Part shown: positions 1 to 9,612 of the stretch, piece by piece
How positions within the stretch are numbered: the first letter of the stretch is position 1
Layout of the letters: each line of letters opens with the position of its first letter
Source: Octopus sinensis
Taxonomy: Eukaryota
Direction: 5' to 3'
NCBI RefSeq assembly: GCF_006345805.1
Contig: NW_021825436.1
Location: 1 to 15,274, forward strand
DNA: 15,274 nucleotides
Program-made: the position numbers and the translations under genes
Notes under the pieces: model-generated
Database searches by the model: none
Seen by the model: the letters and a program-made list of their open reading frames with translations, nothing else
What the model was told of the DNA's origin: nothing

Positions 1-480
1 TATTTTCAAGTTGACAGCAGTAACCACGAAACCAATTCTTTTGTAGCTTTGATACTTTGGAATTTCCTGGTATCTGGAAATTGTGTTTAAGACCATCATT
101 TGGTATGATCCTCTAAGCTTCAATGATCACAGATAGAGTTGTTGTTCTTAAAAGCAACATATTTTTGAGACCATTATTTCAAGATCCTTATATTTTCTTA
201 ACTTTGCAAATGTTTTTTACAGATGTGCTGGAGTTGACATATCCATGAGCAGATGTGTTTTGTCAATACGGACTTTTTACCACAATGTCTGGTCTATTGT
301 TCTGAACAACTTGACTGGTTTGAAAATTCAAGTCTCAAAGAACACTGCTACCTTTACTCACTAGCACTCTGACAGGCTTATTTCCCCACAAATTCTTCTC
401 ATATGGGAGTCCAAACTTACAGCATATGATTCAATGCAAATACTGGCCAAGTCTATCTTGGCAACTAATATATTCATTTG
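1..480 (-). mobile_element. Decayed R4/Dong-clade non-LTR retrotransposon fragment: restriction-like endonuclease (RLE) domain and C-terminus, with stops and frameshifts
   Basis: Manual minus-strand translation gives EYISCQDRLGQYLH*IICCKFGLPYEKNLWGNKPVRVLVSKGSSVL*DLNFQTSQVVQNNRPDIVVK / DKTHLLMDMSTP / KTFAKLRKYKDLEIMVSKI / LRTTTLSVIIEA*RII...QIPGNSKVSKLQK. This follows the R4/Dong motif order RHD..LHW, LWD, NRPDIV, D, KxxKY(KDL), PVVIGALG, IPG, LQK. RPD is at 287-295 and KYKDL at 181-195. Confidence 0.82.
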
Positions 481-483
481 TGT

Positions 484-685
484 AAGGTGGCGAGCTGGCA
501 GAATTGTTAGCATGCTGGGCAAAATGCTTAGCAGTATTTTGTCCATCTTTACATTCTGAGTTCAAATTCCCCTATTGTCTTTGCCTTTCATTCTATCAGG
601 GTCAATAAATTTAGTACAACTGGGGGTCAGTGTAATCGACTATCCACCTCCCCTGAAATTGCCGGCCTTGTGCCAAAATTTGAAA
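484..685 (+). mobile_element. tRNA-derived SINE, family A (near full length), abutting the LINE fragment
   Basis: A-box-like TGGCAGAATTGTTAG, B-box-like GAGTTCAAATTCC and body CTTTGCCTTTCAT..GGGTCAATAAAT..AGTAC. Homologous to copies at 3299-3507, 4024-4181, 13274-13484 and 13581-13794. Confidence 0.85.
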
Positions 686-700
686 TCATCATCATCATTA

Positions 701-754
<54 letters not shown>

Positions 755-777
755 CATCATCATTTATTATTATTTAT
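685..777. repeat. (ATC)n/(ATT)n microsatellite following SINE A
   Basis: Directly visible. A second imperfect (ATT)n/(ACT)n tract lies at 893-960. Confidence 0.95.
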
Positions 778-1126
778 GGGGTTTTTTTCTTTCAAATTTG
801 CTTCCATTTCTTGCCGAGTGTCTTCTCGACTCCTAGGGCAAAGAAACTCATAGTATACATTAGTAGGCCATTAAACTAAACTCACTAGTTCGTTATTATC
901 ATTATTATTATTATTATCATTATTATTATTATTTTTATTATTATAACTACAACTACTACTGCCAAACCAAACATCTCTGAACAAAATTTTGGTTCAAAGA
1001 TGTTCTAGCTGTCACCATCTTGTTTCTCTTTTTCATTTTTTTCCCCTCCTTCAAACATGATGTGTTGAAAACCAAATCACTCTCAAATGAGTGCTTCCTC
1101 TAGTTTTTGTTAGTTTTAAGAAACTA

Positions 1127-1157
1127 GATTTCAGGGGAAATTTAGCTGCTATTTCTG
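1127..1157 (+). repeat. Short interspersed-repeat remnant shared in inverted orientation with 5177-5207
   Basis: GGAAATTTAGCTGCTATTTCT here; its reverse complement AGAAATAGCAGCTAAATTTCC is at 5179-5199. Family and full extent unknown. Confidence 0.55.
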
Positions 1158-1285
1158 TCAGATTACATGCCAAACCTAGTGACTTCTTTTCTTAGCTGAA
1201 TGATATCCTTTATTGTGTTGATTGTAGTGGCTGGTGTCTGTTTTCTTGGCCATTTCTTGATATATTAACTTCACTCTGCATATGA

Positions 1286-1295
1286 ACACACACAT

Positions 1296-1389
<94 letters not shown>

Positions 1390-1390
1390 C

Positions 1391-1452
<62 letters not shown>

Positions 1453-1638
1453 TATATATATATATAATGACAGTATGAAAGATGGACATTAAAATGATGA
1501 TATATATATACATATATATATATATATTATATATATATATATTTTTATGTGCATATACTATCATCACACACACATGCACACACATTCATACATTCACATA
1601 CACACATACACAAGCTTTATATAAATATATATAATATA

Positions 1639-1671
<33 letters not shown>

Positions 1672-1680
1672 CATACATAA
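1286..1680. repeat. Compound (CA)n/(TA)n microsatellite field containing a ~30-nt SINE C 3'-end remnant (1471-1503)
   Basis: Directly visible. CAGTATGAAAGATGGACATTAAAATGATGA resembles CAGCATGGAAAATGGACATTAAACGATGAT at 5421-5450. Confidence 0.9.
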
Positions 1681-2005
1681 TGTAATAATAGCCCGGGAAG
1701 GCTTCTCATGTATTTATAGATCTCTTTTCTTCAGATTAAGGAACTAATAAAATTGCCAAACTGGTCAGCACAAGAAATAAAGGAGAAGAAAAAAAAACAC
1801 ACAAACAAACACCTATAATAAACTCCAGCCTCATTCTTGCCCTTGTCTATTTTCATTCTGTAGACAATTTCATTCTGAGTATCTTCTTCTCCAGCAGTTA
1901 TTTTGTGTCGATAAATGACCAGGGATGGTTTTTTTTTATTTTTATTGAGGTTAGAATTTACCATTAAAAGAGGTGCCATTGCTTGCTTTCTTCCTTTCTT
2001 TTCAT

Positions 2006-2232
2006 TCTCTCTCTCTCCTTCCCCTCTCTCTCTCTCTCTCTCTCTCTGTTCCTTTTGTTCAGTCTTTTCTTTCTGTTTTCCATCTCTGTTTCTTTCATTT
2101 ATTCATTCTTACTTCACTGTCTCTATTTTCTTCCTTTCATTATACACACACACACACACACACACATATGTATATAGAGAGAGTCATATACACACACACA
2201 AGCAAGTATATCCTTACATATATGTGTGTGTA

Positions 2233-2268
<36 letters not shown>

Positions 2269-2354
2269 TGTATCAATGTATATATACATACATACATACA
2301 CTCACATATATATATGTAAGGATATACTTGCTTTTATGTATGTATGTGTCTATG

Positions 2355-2385
<31 letters not shown>

Positions 2386-2389
2386 GTAT

Positions 2390-2435
<46 letters not shown>

Positions 2436-2570
2436 GTATGTATGTGTATATATATATACACACATGTATATAATTATATATATATAATATATACACACAT
2501 GTATATAATTATATATATATATATATATATATATCACACACACACACACATAAACGCGTGTATGTGTCTG
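2006..2570. repeat. Compound (CT)n, (CA)n, (TATG)n, (TA)n low-complexity region
   Basis: Directly visible; explains the overlapping pseudo-ORFs at 1915-2723. Confidence 0.9.
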
Positions 2571-2845
2571 TATCTATATTTGCCATTGGTGAGAAACATA
2601 ACCTATTCAAGGACGCATGATTCGTTCTCAGACATTTCAAAGCCCTTGTTGTTGTTGTTGTTGTTGTTGCTGCTAAGAAAAGACACTTTCAGAATTAATC
2701 TGCGATTCTGCTTTAGCTGGTAGATCACAAGAAAAACGGTGGAACTTCCCAATGCTCTGAGGCACCAAAAGAGCGTCAGATTCGGAAATGGAATTAAAAT
2801 CTGTTTGCCATCGATATATAGACTGTGTTGTGAATGTAAACAAAA

Positions 2846-2910
2846 GTGGCTGTGTGGTTAAGGTATCCGACTACTGACCACAGTGTCCCAGGCTCAAATC
2901 TAACTGCTGC
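2846..2910 (+). mobile_element. Degenerate tRNA-like SINE head
   Basis: AGTGGCTGTGTGGTTAAG (compare AGTGGCTGTGTGGTAAG at 3590) followed by B-box-like GGCTCAAATCT. Confidence 0.45.
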
Positions 2911-3000
2911 AACTATTCTGTTAAACATAGTGTCTGACTTTGAATGTTCTCCATATAATTACCAGAAAAATAATGAGCTATGAAATTAGTAATTTGTCTA

Positions 3001-3121
3001 TACTCTCTTTTACTCTCTTTTACTTGTTTCAGTCATTTGAGTGTGGCCATGCTGGAGCACCGCCTTTTTAGTCGAGAAAATCGACCCCAGGACTTATTCT
3101 TTGGAAGCCTAGTTCTTATTC
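3001..3121 (-). mobile_element. 3' half of SINE family B (left arm of inverted pair)
   Basis: Reverse complement matches 3898-4021, including GGTGCTCCAGCATGGCC and the TGAAACAAGTAAAAGAG tail. Confidence 0.9.
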
Positions 3122-3263
3122 AAAAGAGACTGATAGAATAAGTACTAGGCTTCCAAAGAATAAGTCCTGGGGTCGATTTGCTCGACTAAAGGTGGTGCTC
3201 CAGCATGGCCTCAGTTAAATGTCTGAAACAAGTAAAAGGAAAAAAAAGAGAAATAAAAGAGAG
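3122..3263 (+). mobile_element. 3' half of SINE family B (right arm of inverted pair)
   Basis: AGAGACTGATAGAATAAGTACT...GGTGCTCCAGCATGGCC...TGAAACAAGTAAAAG is collinear with 3886-4021. Confidence 0.9.
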
Positions 3264-3298
3264 CGCCACCTTTATTCTGTGATTAATAGTAATAATGC

Positions 3299-3507
3299 TT
3301 TCTACAAGAACCACAGGCCTGAAATTTCTGAAAGGATGGACCTATTTAATTACATGAACCTCAGTACTTGACCAGAACTTATTTTATTGACCCCAACAGA
3401 ATGAAAGGCAAAGTGGACCTCGGCAGAATTTGAACTCAGAGCATAAAGACGGACAAGATATCACTGAGCACTTTGTCCAGCATGATAATGATTCTGCCTG
3501 CTCACTG
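3299..3507 (-). mobile_element. SINE family A, diverged
   Basis: ATGAAAGGCAAAGTGGACCTCGGCAGAATTTGAACTCAGA is the reverse complement of the family A B-box and body. Confidence 0.8.
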
Positions 3508-3580
3508 ATTTGAGTTCTGCCATTAATGATATTAATGCTCTCTGCAGTTGGCACAAAGCCTGAACTTTTTACAAGGGAGG

Positions 3581-3752
3581 AGGTGCAGGAGTGGCTGTGT
3601 GGTAAGTAGCTTGTCTACCAACCACATGGTTCTGGGTTCAGTCCCACTGCGTGGCACCTTGGGCAAGTGTCTTCTACTATAGCCTTGGGCCGACCAAAAC
3701 CCTGTGAGTGGATTTGGGAGACAGAAACTGAAAGAAGCCTGTCGTATATATG

Positions 3753-3792
<40 letters not shown>

Positions 3793-4021
3793 TGTGTGTG
3801 TTTGTGTGTCTGTGTTTGTCCCCCTAGCATTGCTTGACAACTGATGCTGGTGTGTTTATGTTCCCGTTACTTAGCGGTTCGGCAAGAGAGACCGATAGAA
3901 TAAGTACTGGGCTTATCAAAGAATAAGTCCCGGGGTCAAGTTGCTCGACTAAAAGGCGGTGCTCCAGCATGGCCGCAGTCAAATGACTGAAACAAGTAAA
4001 AGAGTAAAAGAGTAAAGAGAG
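3581..4021 (+). mobile_element. Full-length SINE family B: tRNA-like head, CORE-like domain, internal (TA)n/(TG)n, 3' domain and (AGTAAAAG)-type tail
   Basis: A-box-like TGGCTGTGTGGT and B-box-like GGTTCAGTCCC. ACCTTGGGCAAGTG matches the MIR/CORE-SINE core signature; octopus OR-type SINEs are described as CORE-SINEs. Partial copies at 3001-3263 and 5637-5731. Confidence 0.85.
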
Positions 4022-4023
4022 TA

Positions 4024-4181
4024 AATCAATTAAATTAGCCCCAGGGCTCAACCAGATCTTATTTTATTAACCCCCAAAAGAAATAACTGGCAAAAGCCAA
4101 CCGTGGCAGAATTTGAACTCAGAATGTAAAACTAGGAAAAACGCCAGTAAGCATTTTGTCTGGTTTGCTAACAATTCTGCA
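4024..4181 (-). mobile_element. SINE family A, diverged and truncated
   Basis: GCAGAATTTGAACTCAGAATGTAAA...AAGCATTTTGTCTGG...GCTAACAATTCTGC is the reverse complement of the 484-570 head. Confidence 0.78.
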
Positions 4182-4841
4182 ATACACATAAACACTCCAT
4201 GGCGATCGACAACTTATTCCTGGTTTTAGTATTAAGATTGATTGCATTAAAGAGAAGAATTTTAACCAATACCTAAGTAAGAATTTAATTTCGTCTACAA
4301 CCGTTGATTGGTGAGTGTCTGTGGGTGGGGGGTGGGTGGGGGTTGATGGCATCTCTATAGAATTCTCAATCAAGAGAATACATAAGACCAAACCTCGTTT
4401 AATTAAAATACAAATGTTCTCTGACAAGCATGTCATGGAACCGAGAAAATATAAAATGCCTTTTGATCTTGGAAAGTGAAGAAAGAAATTTCTATAAAAG
4501 AGACTTTTTGTTGTTGTTGTGGTTGTTTCTTTTTGTGTTTTTTTATTTCTCTCTATCTCTCTCTCTCTCTCTCTCTCTTCCCCCCCTCTCTTTCTCTCTC
4601 ATTTTCCAAACGCACAGGCTAGAATTGTTCCAGAATTTGTTTATAGAATATGGATCTCGACTGCGTTGACAATAAAAGTTATTCTTGGCAAGATCCGGAA
4701 TCATGCTGCTGATTCTCCTAAGATATTTCACAGGAAGAATATAAATAAATTAAGGAATAAGACAAGCTTCCAAATTTATTGAAATGAAATCCATGTTTCC
4801 TGGTGGTGATGGTGTCAATGTTAAGACCACTAGTGGTTTAC

Positions 4842-5115
4842 GATGATGATGATGACGATGATGGTGATGATGATGATGATGATGACGATGATGGTGATGA
4901 TGATGATGATGACGATGATGATGACATTGATGATGATGATGATGACAATGATGATGATGATGATGATATTGATGATGATGATGATGATAATGATGATAAC
5001 GATGATGATGATGATGATGATGATGATGACAATGATGATGATGATGACAATGATGATGATGACGATGATGATGATAATGATTGTGATGGTGTTGGTGGTG
5101 GTGATAATGATAATG
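4842..5115. repeat. Long imperfect (GAT)n array
   Basis: Directly visible, with GAC/GGT/AAT variant triplets. Confidence 0.95.
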
Positions 5116-5250
5116 TCGACACAGATAAAGAGAATAAAGAAATATAAAACCTGAATATGAACCTACAAAGGATCCACTAGAAATAGCAGCTAAATTTCCT
5201 TCAGATACAGATTGAAAACATTCATACAAACACAGTGTAGTCGATAGCAG

Positions 5251-5465
5251 TGCCACCTGAGTGGCTAACATGCTGGTGGCACATAAAAAGCACCCACTAC
5301 AGTCTCGGAGTGGTTGGCATTAGGAAGTTGCATCCAGCTGTAGAAACCTTGTCTAATCAGATTGGAGCCTGGTGCAGCCTCCTGGCTTGCCAGTCCCCAG
5401 TCAAACCGTCCAACCCATGCCAGCATGGAAAATGGACATTAAACGATGATGATGATGTTGATGAT
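5251..5465 (+). mobile_element. SINE-like element family C, 3' portion with (GAT)n tail
   Basis: GGTGGCACATAAA..TGGTTGGCATTAGGAAG..GCATCCA..CAGATTGGAG..CAGTCAAACCGTCCAACC.ATGCCAGCATGGA..TTAAA(C/T)GATGAT is shared with 14676-14850. Confidence 0.85.
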
Positions 5466-5571
5466 ATATATATATAATATATATATATATTGTTATGTTA
5501 GGATGCGGCCGTGTGGCGTACAAGAGGAGAAATATGTTACCAAACTCCTTACGTACGGTCATATTCCAACA

Positions 5572-5613
<42 letters not shown>

Positions 5614-5636
5614 TTGCATATATACATTGATGTGTA

Positions 5637-5731
5637 GGCTATAGTAGAAGACACTTGCCCAAGGTGCCATGCAGTGGTACTGAACCAGGCACCATGTGGT
5701 TGGGAAGCAAGCTTCTTACCATGCAGCCATG
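5637..5731 (-). mobile_element. SINE family B head and CORE fragment between (TA)n tracts
   Basis: GGCTATAGTAGAAGACACTTGCCCAAGGTGCCA is the exact reverse complement of 3652-3684. Confidence 0.85.
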
Positions 5732-6069
5732 GATGTATATAATATATATATGTTTTATGTTGATATATATATATATATATATTATGTGTGTGTGTATAAA
5801 AGCAAAAAAGACAAGCAATCAATAGCAAATGTGAAAAATATAATTCACATGGGAAGATGCATATATGATAACATGATGTAATAAGGTTTTATCTTTACAG
5901 CTGTTTTGAATAATTGATGATTGGTGCTGTTACCATGTATATTATGTAATGAGGTTGAATAATATAATGAGTGTATGGACTTGTACGAATTTTGAGAGAT
6001 CTATTGGACAAAATCATGATATCCTTATTGGAAGACGTTGACAAATAGCTTAGTAGAGAATGGTGTTAA

Positions 6070-6290
6070 CCCTTTAGCATTTAAACCGGCCATATCCGGC
6101 CAAAAGTATTTTGCTTGTTTTATGTTCAAACTGGCCAGATCTGGTCTCTCACACCAACCCTACAATATCATCTTAAAAATTAACAGCTACCTCATCAAAA
6201 TCTCATAGCTACAAGATAATGCATGATTAGTTCAAAACAACGTGAATAAAAAAGCATTAATTTTGGCAGAATAATGTGAACACTAAAGGG
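6070..6290. mobile_element. piggyBac-type MITE (221 bp, non-autonomous DNA transposon)
   Basis: TTAA at 6066-6069 and 6291-6294 (target-site duplication). Termini CCCTTTAG...CTAAAGGG form a perfect 8-bp inverted repeat, extending to 11/14. A TTAA TSD with CCC..GGG ends is characteristic of piggyBac. Confidence 0.82.
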
Positions 6291-6369
6291 TTAATAAATA
6301 TATGAAAGTTCTTTGCGTTCTGAGCTCAAATCCTAGGATGTGTGGTAGACTTAATGTTTTGCTTGGTTT

Positions 6370-6530
6370 AGCATCACCATCTGACATCTTGAGTATTTTT
6401 AACAGAATCCTTTCTGTTGCAAATGTTCTGGAGAGGTGCCTGGTTTAAGGGCACCCTCCTTCTTTCCCTCTCTCTGCCATCAGTCTCGAAAGACTTCTAA
6501 AGTGTCATGAGCATTGCCACTTCTTCCAGA
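6370..6530 (-). mobile_element. Possible highly decayed R4/Dong C-terminal fragment
   Basis: Minus-strand frames give GTSPEHLQ and TERILLKILKM, reminiscent of the terminal ..LQK..LGTARILRKVL motif. Short and requires frameshifts. Confidence 0.3.
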
Positions 6531-6790
6531 ATCATCACATCATCATCATCATCATCATCATTATCACCCTCATTTTGATCCCCACTCTTCCATCAGTTGG
6601 ATGAAAATTTCGTTGAGGTGCATTTTCTATGACAAGATGCCTTTCCTGTTTCCAACCCTCACACCTATTTCCATAGAAGGTAATGTTTCCCCACGGCCAG
6701 ACAGGGAAGACTTGGAAATGGTGAACACAGCATGTATGACAATGACACTTGCTTACAACTATCACACCAAGCTGAGGCAAGGCACCACCA
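6531..6790 (-). mobile_element. Older interspersed repeat related to family C, with (CAT)n tail on the left
   Basis: TTTTCTATGACAAGATGCCTTTCCTGTTTCCAACC resembles TTTTTACAGCTGGATGCCTTTCCAAATGCCAACC at 10671-10704. Right boundary is approximate. Confidence 0.5.
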
Positions 6791-6944
6791 ACACACACAC
6801 GTACATTTCCCAGACTGTTTCCTTCTGAAGATGAGCCTTTCACCTGAAATATAAAGGTTTATAAAACTTTCCACGTTGTCAGGAGTTTTCTAATTTCTCT
6901 CCTTTTTACCTTCTTCAGTATATGTGTGTGTGTGTGTGTGTGTG

Positions 6945-7533
6945 TGATGCTAATAGTAATGGTGGTTTCGTTGATGGTGATGATGATGGTGACGACGATT
7001 ATGAGGATGATGATTCTAACACTGGTGATTACAATGATAGTTATAATGCTGATGATGATGATGGGGATGAGACTGATAATGATTGTGATGATGAAGATGA
7101 TGATGACGATGCTGATGATGACCATGACAATAATGATGATGATGACATTGTGAAGATGACGAAGACGATGCTGCTGCTGATGATGATAATGACAAGGATG
7201 ATGATGAGGATGATGATGAGGATGATGAAGACGATGCTGATGATGATGATGATGACCATAATGAAGACGATGCTGATGATGATGATGACGATGTTGATGA
7301 TGATGATGAAGACGATGCTGCTGCTGATGATGATAATGACAATGATGATGATGAGGATGATGATGATGATGACGACGATGATGATGATGATGATGATGAT
7401 GATGAAGACAATGATGATGATGATGATGATGATTAGTGATGACCATGATGATGATAACAACGGTGGTGATGGCAACATTAATAACAATTGTGATAATGAT
7501 TATGATGATGATGATGATGATGATGGTGATGAT
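6945..7533. repeat. ~590-bp degenerate (GAT)n array with internal higher-order duplication
   Basis: Directly visible; the block GAAGACGATGCTGCTGCTGATGATGATAATGACAA starts at both 7161 and 7308. Confidence 0.95.
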
Positions 7534-7861
7534 ATTTTGACGCATTTGCAAACACAGGAAAAGGGAAGAAAAAAAAAAACACAATCTAGCATTATGAAAG
7601 TTATCTTCGTTAATTAATTCCTCCCTAAAAAGAATAACACAAACACACACACAAAAAAAAATGCTAACCTCCTCTTGATGACCACAGAAATCAATCAGTT
7701 AATCTAGCCATATTGATTATTGATTTCATTTGTTTCTTTGTTTCTTTGTTTCTTTTAGTCTTCTTTTATTCCTTGCATAATTTTGGTTTATTGAAGCTGT
7801 CTAAACTATGCAGGCCTCTCCTGCTTCAGTCATTATTTTCCTGCCATTAATGAACTCCTGC

Positions 7862-7959
7862 ATATAAACATACATACAGACGCATGCCTACATATATATA
7901 TATATATACATACATATATATATATGTATATATACATATATACATATATATATATATAT

Positions 7960-7990
<31 letters not shown>

Positions 7991-8151
7991 CACACAACCA
8001 CACATATTTATATACATATGTATATATATACACATATACATATATGATTATATATACTCACACACACGTATATATATATATATATATAAACATGCAAACA
8101 TACATATATATATATATATACATACGTACATATTCATATACACACACATAT
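7862..8151. repeat. (TA)n/(CA)n microsatellite field
   Basis: Directly visible. Confidence 0.93.
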
Positions 8152-8359
8152 AAACAACCCATTGCCCTAGACGTATAAAACACTACATTTCCATTTTCTG
8201 ACAGCAATTATGCAAAGAGCCTATTTCACACGAATTCTGTGAGTCGATTACCCAAGAAAAATGGAAAAAGGAAAAAAAAAAAAAAAAATGAATAAAAAAA
8301 AACCCTAAAGAATGAATGATGGAGAAACCGACTGCGAGAGTGACAAAGGGTACAAAGCG

Positions 8360-8531
8360 AGAGAGGGGGAGGGATGGAGGGAGAGAGAGAGAGAGAGAAG
8401 GAATCTGCATGTGCATGCGTATATATATATGCATATTTATATGCGTATATGTGTGTGTGTGTTTATATATATATATATATATCATCATCATCATCATCAT
8501 CAAAACGGACGCTAAACGATGATGATGATGA

Positions 8532-8566
<35 letters not shown>

Positions 8567-8660
8567 TAGATAGATATAAACAGATAGATAGATAGAGAGA
8601 TAGATATGTATTTATATATATGTAAGTATGTATGTATGTATGTATATACATATGTATATA
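8360..8660. repeat. Compound (GA)n,(TA)n,(ATC)n,(GAT)n,(GATA)n,(TATG)n region with a SINE C terminal remnant (8502-8535)
   Basis: AAAACGGACGCTAAACGATGATGAT matches the family C end AAAATGGACATTAAACGATGATGAT (5429-5453). Confidence 0.85.
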
Positions 8661-9072
8661 AGATTCAGTCTTTTGTTGTGCATTTAATCAGTGAGGCTTG
8701 GCTGGTTTGTCCATTGATAATACAGTCATGAATCTAACTCTCACTTCATCTATTGTGTTGTGTATCTAAACAAGATACATTGCTTGCCGCAGCAAGTTTA
8801 ATTTCTTACTGTTTTTTCCTGACATAAATATCCACTCTAAATTCACTGTAGCAGTACGCCTAATCTGCTGTCTCACAGTTTAACGCCACCACCTGGAAAT
8901 TCAATGTCATTCTGCAATGCCCAAAGTCTATTTTATTATGACTGTTTGAACCATGTTCTCATAACTCAATATCTTGTGGTACTGCTTCAGCTGTAGAAGC
9001 CTCTGAGTTTTGTAGTTTCTGCTTTCAAAAGCTACAGGCTCCCTTATGTGCTTGTTTATGCCTAATGACTGT

Positions 9073-9197
9073 AAATTAGCAGAATTGGTAGAGAATTGCA
9101 CAAAATGCTTTGCAGTATTGTTACCAATCTGGACGTTTTAAGTTCAATTCTTGCAAAAGTCAACTTTAACTTCCAATTTTTTAGGGTCAATGTTATA
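9073..9197 (+). mobile_element. Old, degraded SINE family A
   Basis: TAGCAGAATTGGTAG..CAAAATGCTTTGCAGTATT..AGTTCAATTCTTGC..GTCAACTTT..AGGGTCAAT is collinear with 495-607. Confidence 0.6.
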
Positions 9198-9612
9198 TCA
9201 TCAGTTACGATATATGATGTGTGTGTGTGTGCATGTAACGATATATCGCAGTACCAGATATAGCCATATAACTATAAGCAATGAAACAAGAGTTGGTTAT
9301 CTTTTTATAACCATTCACACGATAACAATCCAGTACTCCAATACAGAATCAATAACAAGACTAACACTCTCACTATTCGACCTCAACTGTCTACTGGCTC
9401 ATCTATTATAACACTGGTCCAGTCCACTGACAGTCACATGCAGGGGTGTCAGGTCATCCCACAACAGCCAATAAAATAAAGTACCAGAAACCCTTGAGTT
9501 TCATAGTTTCTAGTTTCCAGCCCACCACAATTCGCAAAATCCTTACAAAAGCCATGGACACCTTTACTCCTTTGAGTAAGCCTTATACCAAAATAAGGGC
9601 GTCATCAGTTTT

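Noticed and set aside
224-363. TTTTTTACAG acceptor-like site and possible + strand exon
   Set aside because: Explained as antisense of the LINE fossil; no recognisable peptide or good donor.
361-546. 61-aa minus-strand ORF from the track
   Set aside because: Starts inside a SINE and runs in a different frame from the LINE-homologous frame.
1210-2723. YIYI/CVCV/LSLS ORFs (also 7833-8651, 11798-12365, 14081-14456)
   Set aside because: Translations of dinucleotide microsatellites.
3581-3660. tRNA gene calls for A/B-box-containing segments (also 484-570, 13581-13670)
   Set aside because: No intact cloverleaf or terminator is evident, and each continues into a repeated SINE body.
4199-4276. ATG-initiated short ORF (MAIDNLFL...) ending near GTAAGA as NAV first exon
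   Set aside because: In-frame TAA lies immediately before the GT, so it cannot join the phase-0 NAV exon.
4750-5271. Poly-Asp, poly-His, poly-Met and poly-Ser ORFs
   Set aside because: They are alternative frames of a (GAT)n array, with no complex flanking protein sequence or convincing splice sites.
6859-7650. 231-263 aa Asp/Met/His-rich ORFs resembling biomineralisation or His-rich proteins
   Set aside because: Simple triplet repeat. The + ORF switches from Asp to Met register and back at indels and starts in a (TG)n tract, which argues against coding constraint.
8760-9065. Complex sequence checked for coding or transposon homology
   Set aside because: I recognised no motif by eye on either strand; left unannotated.
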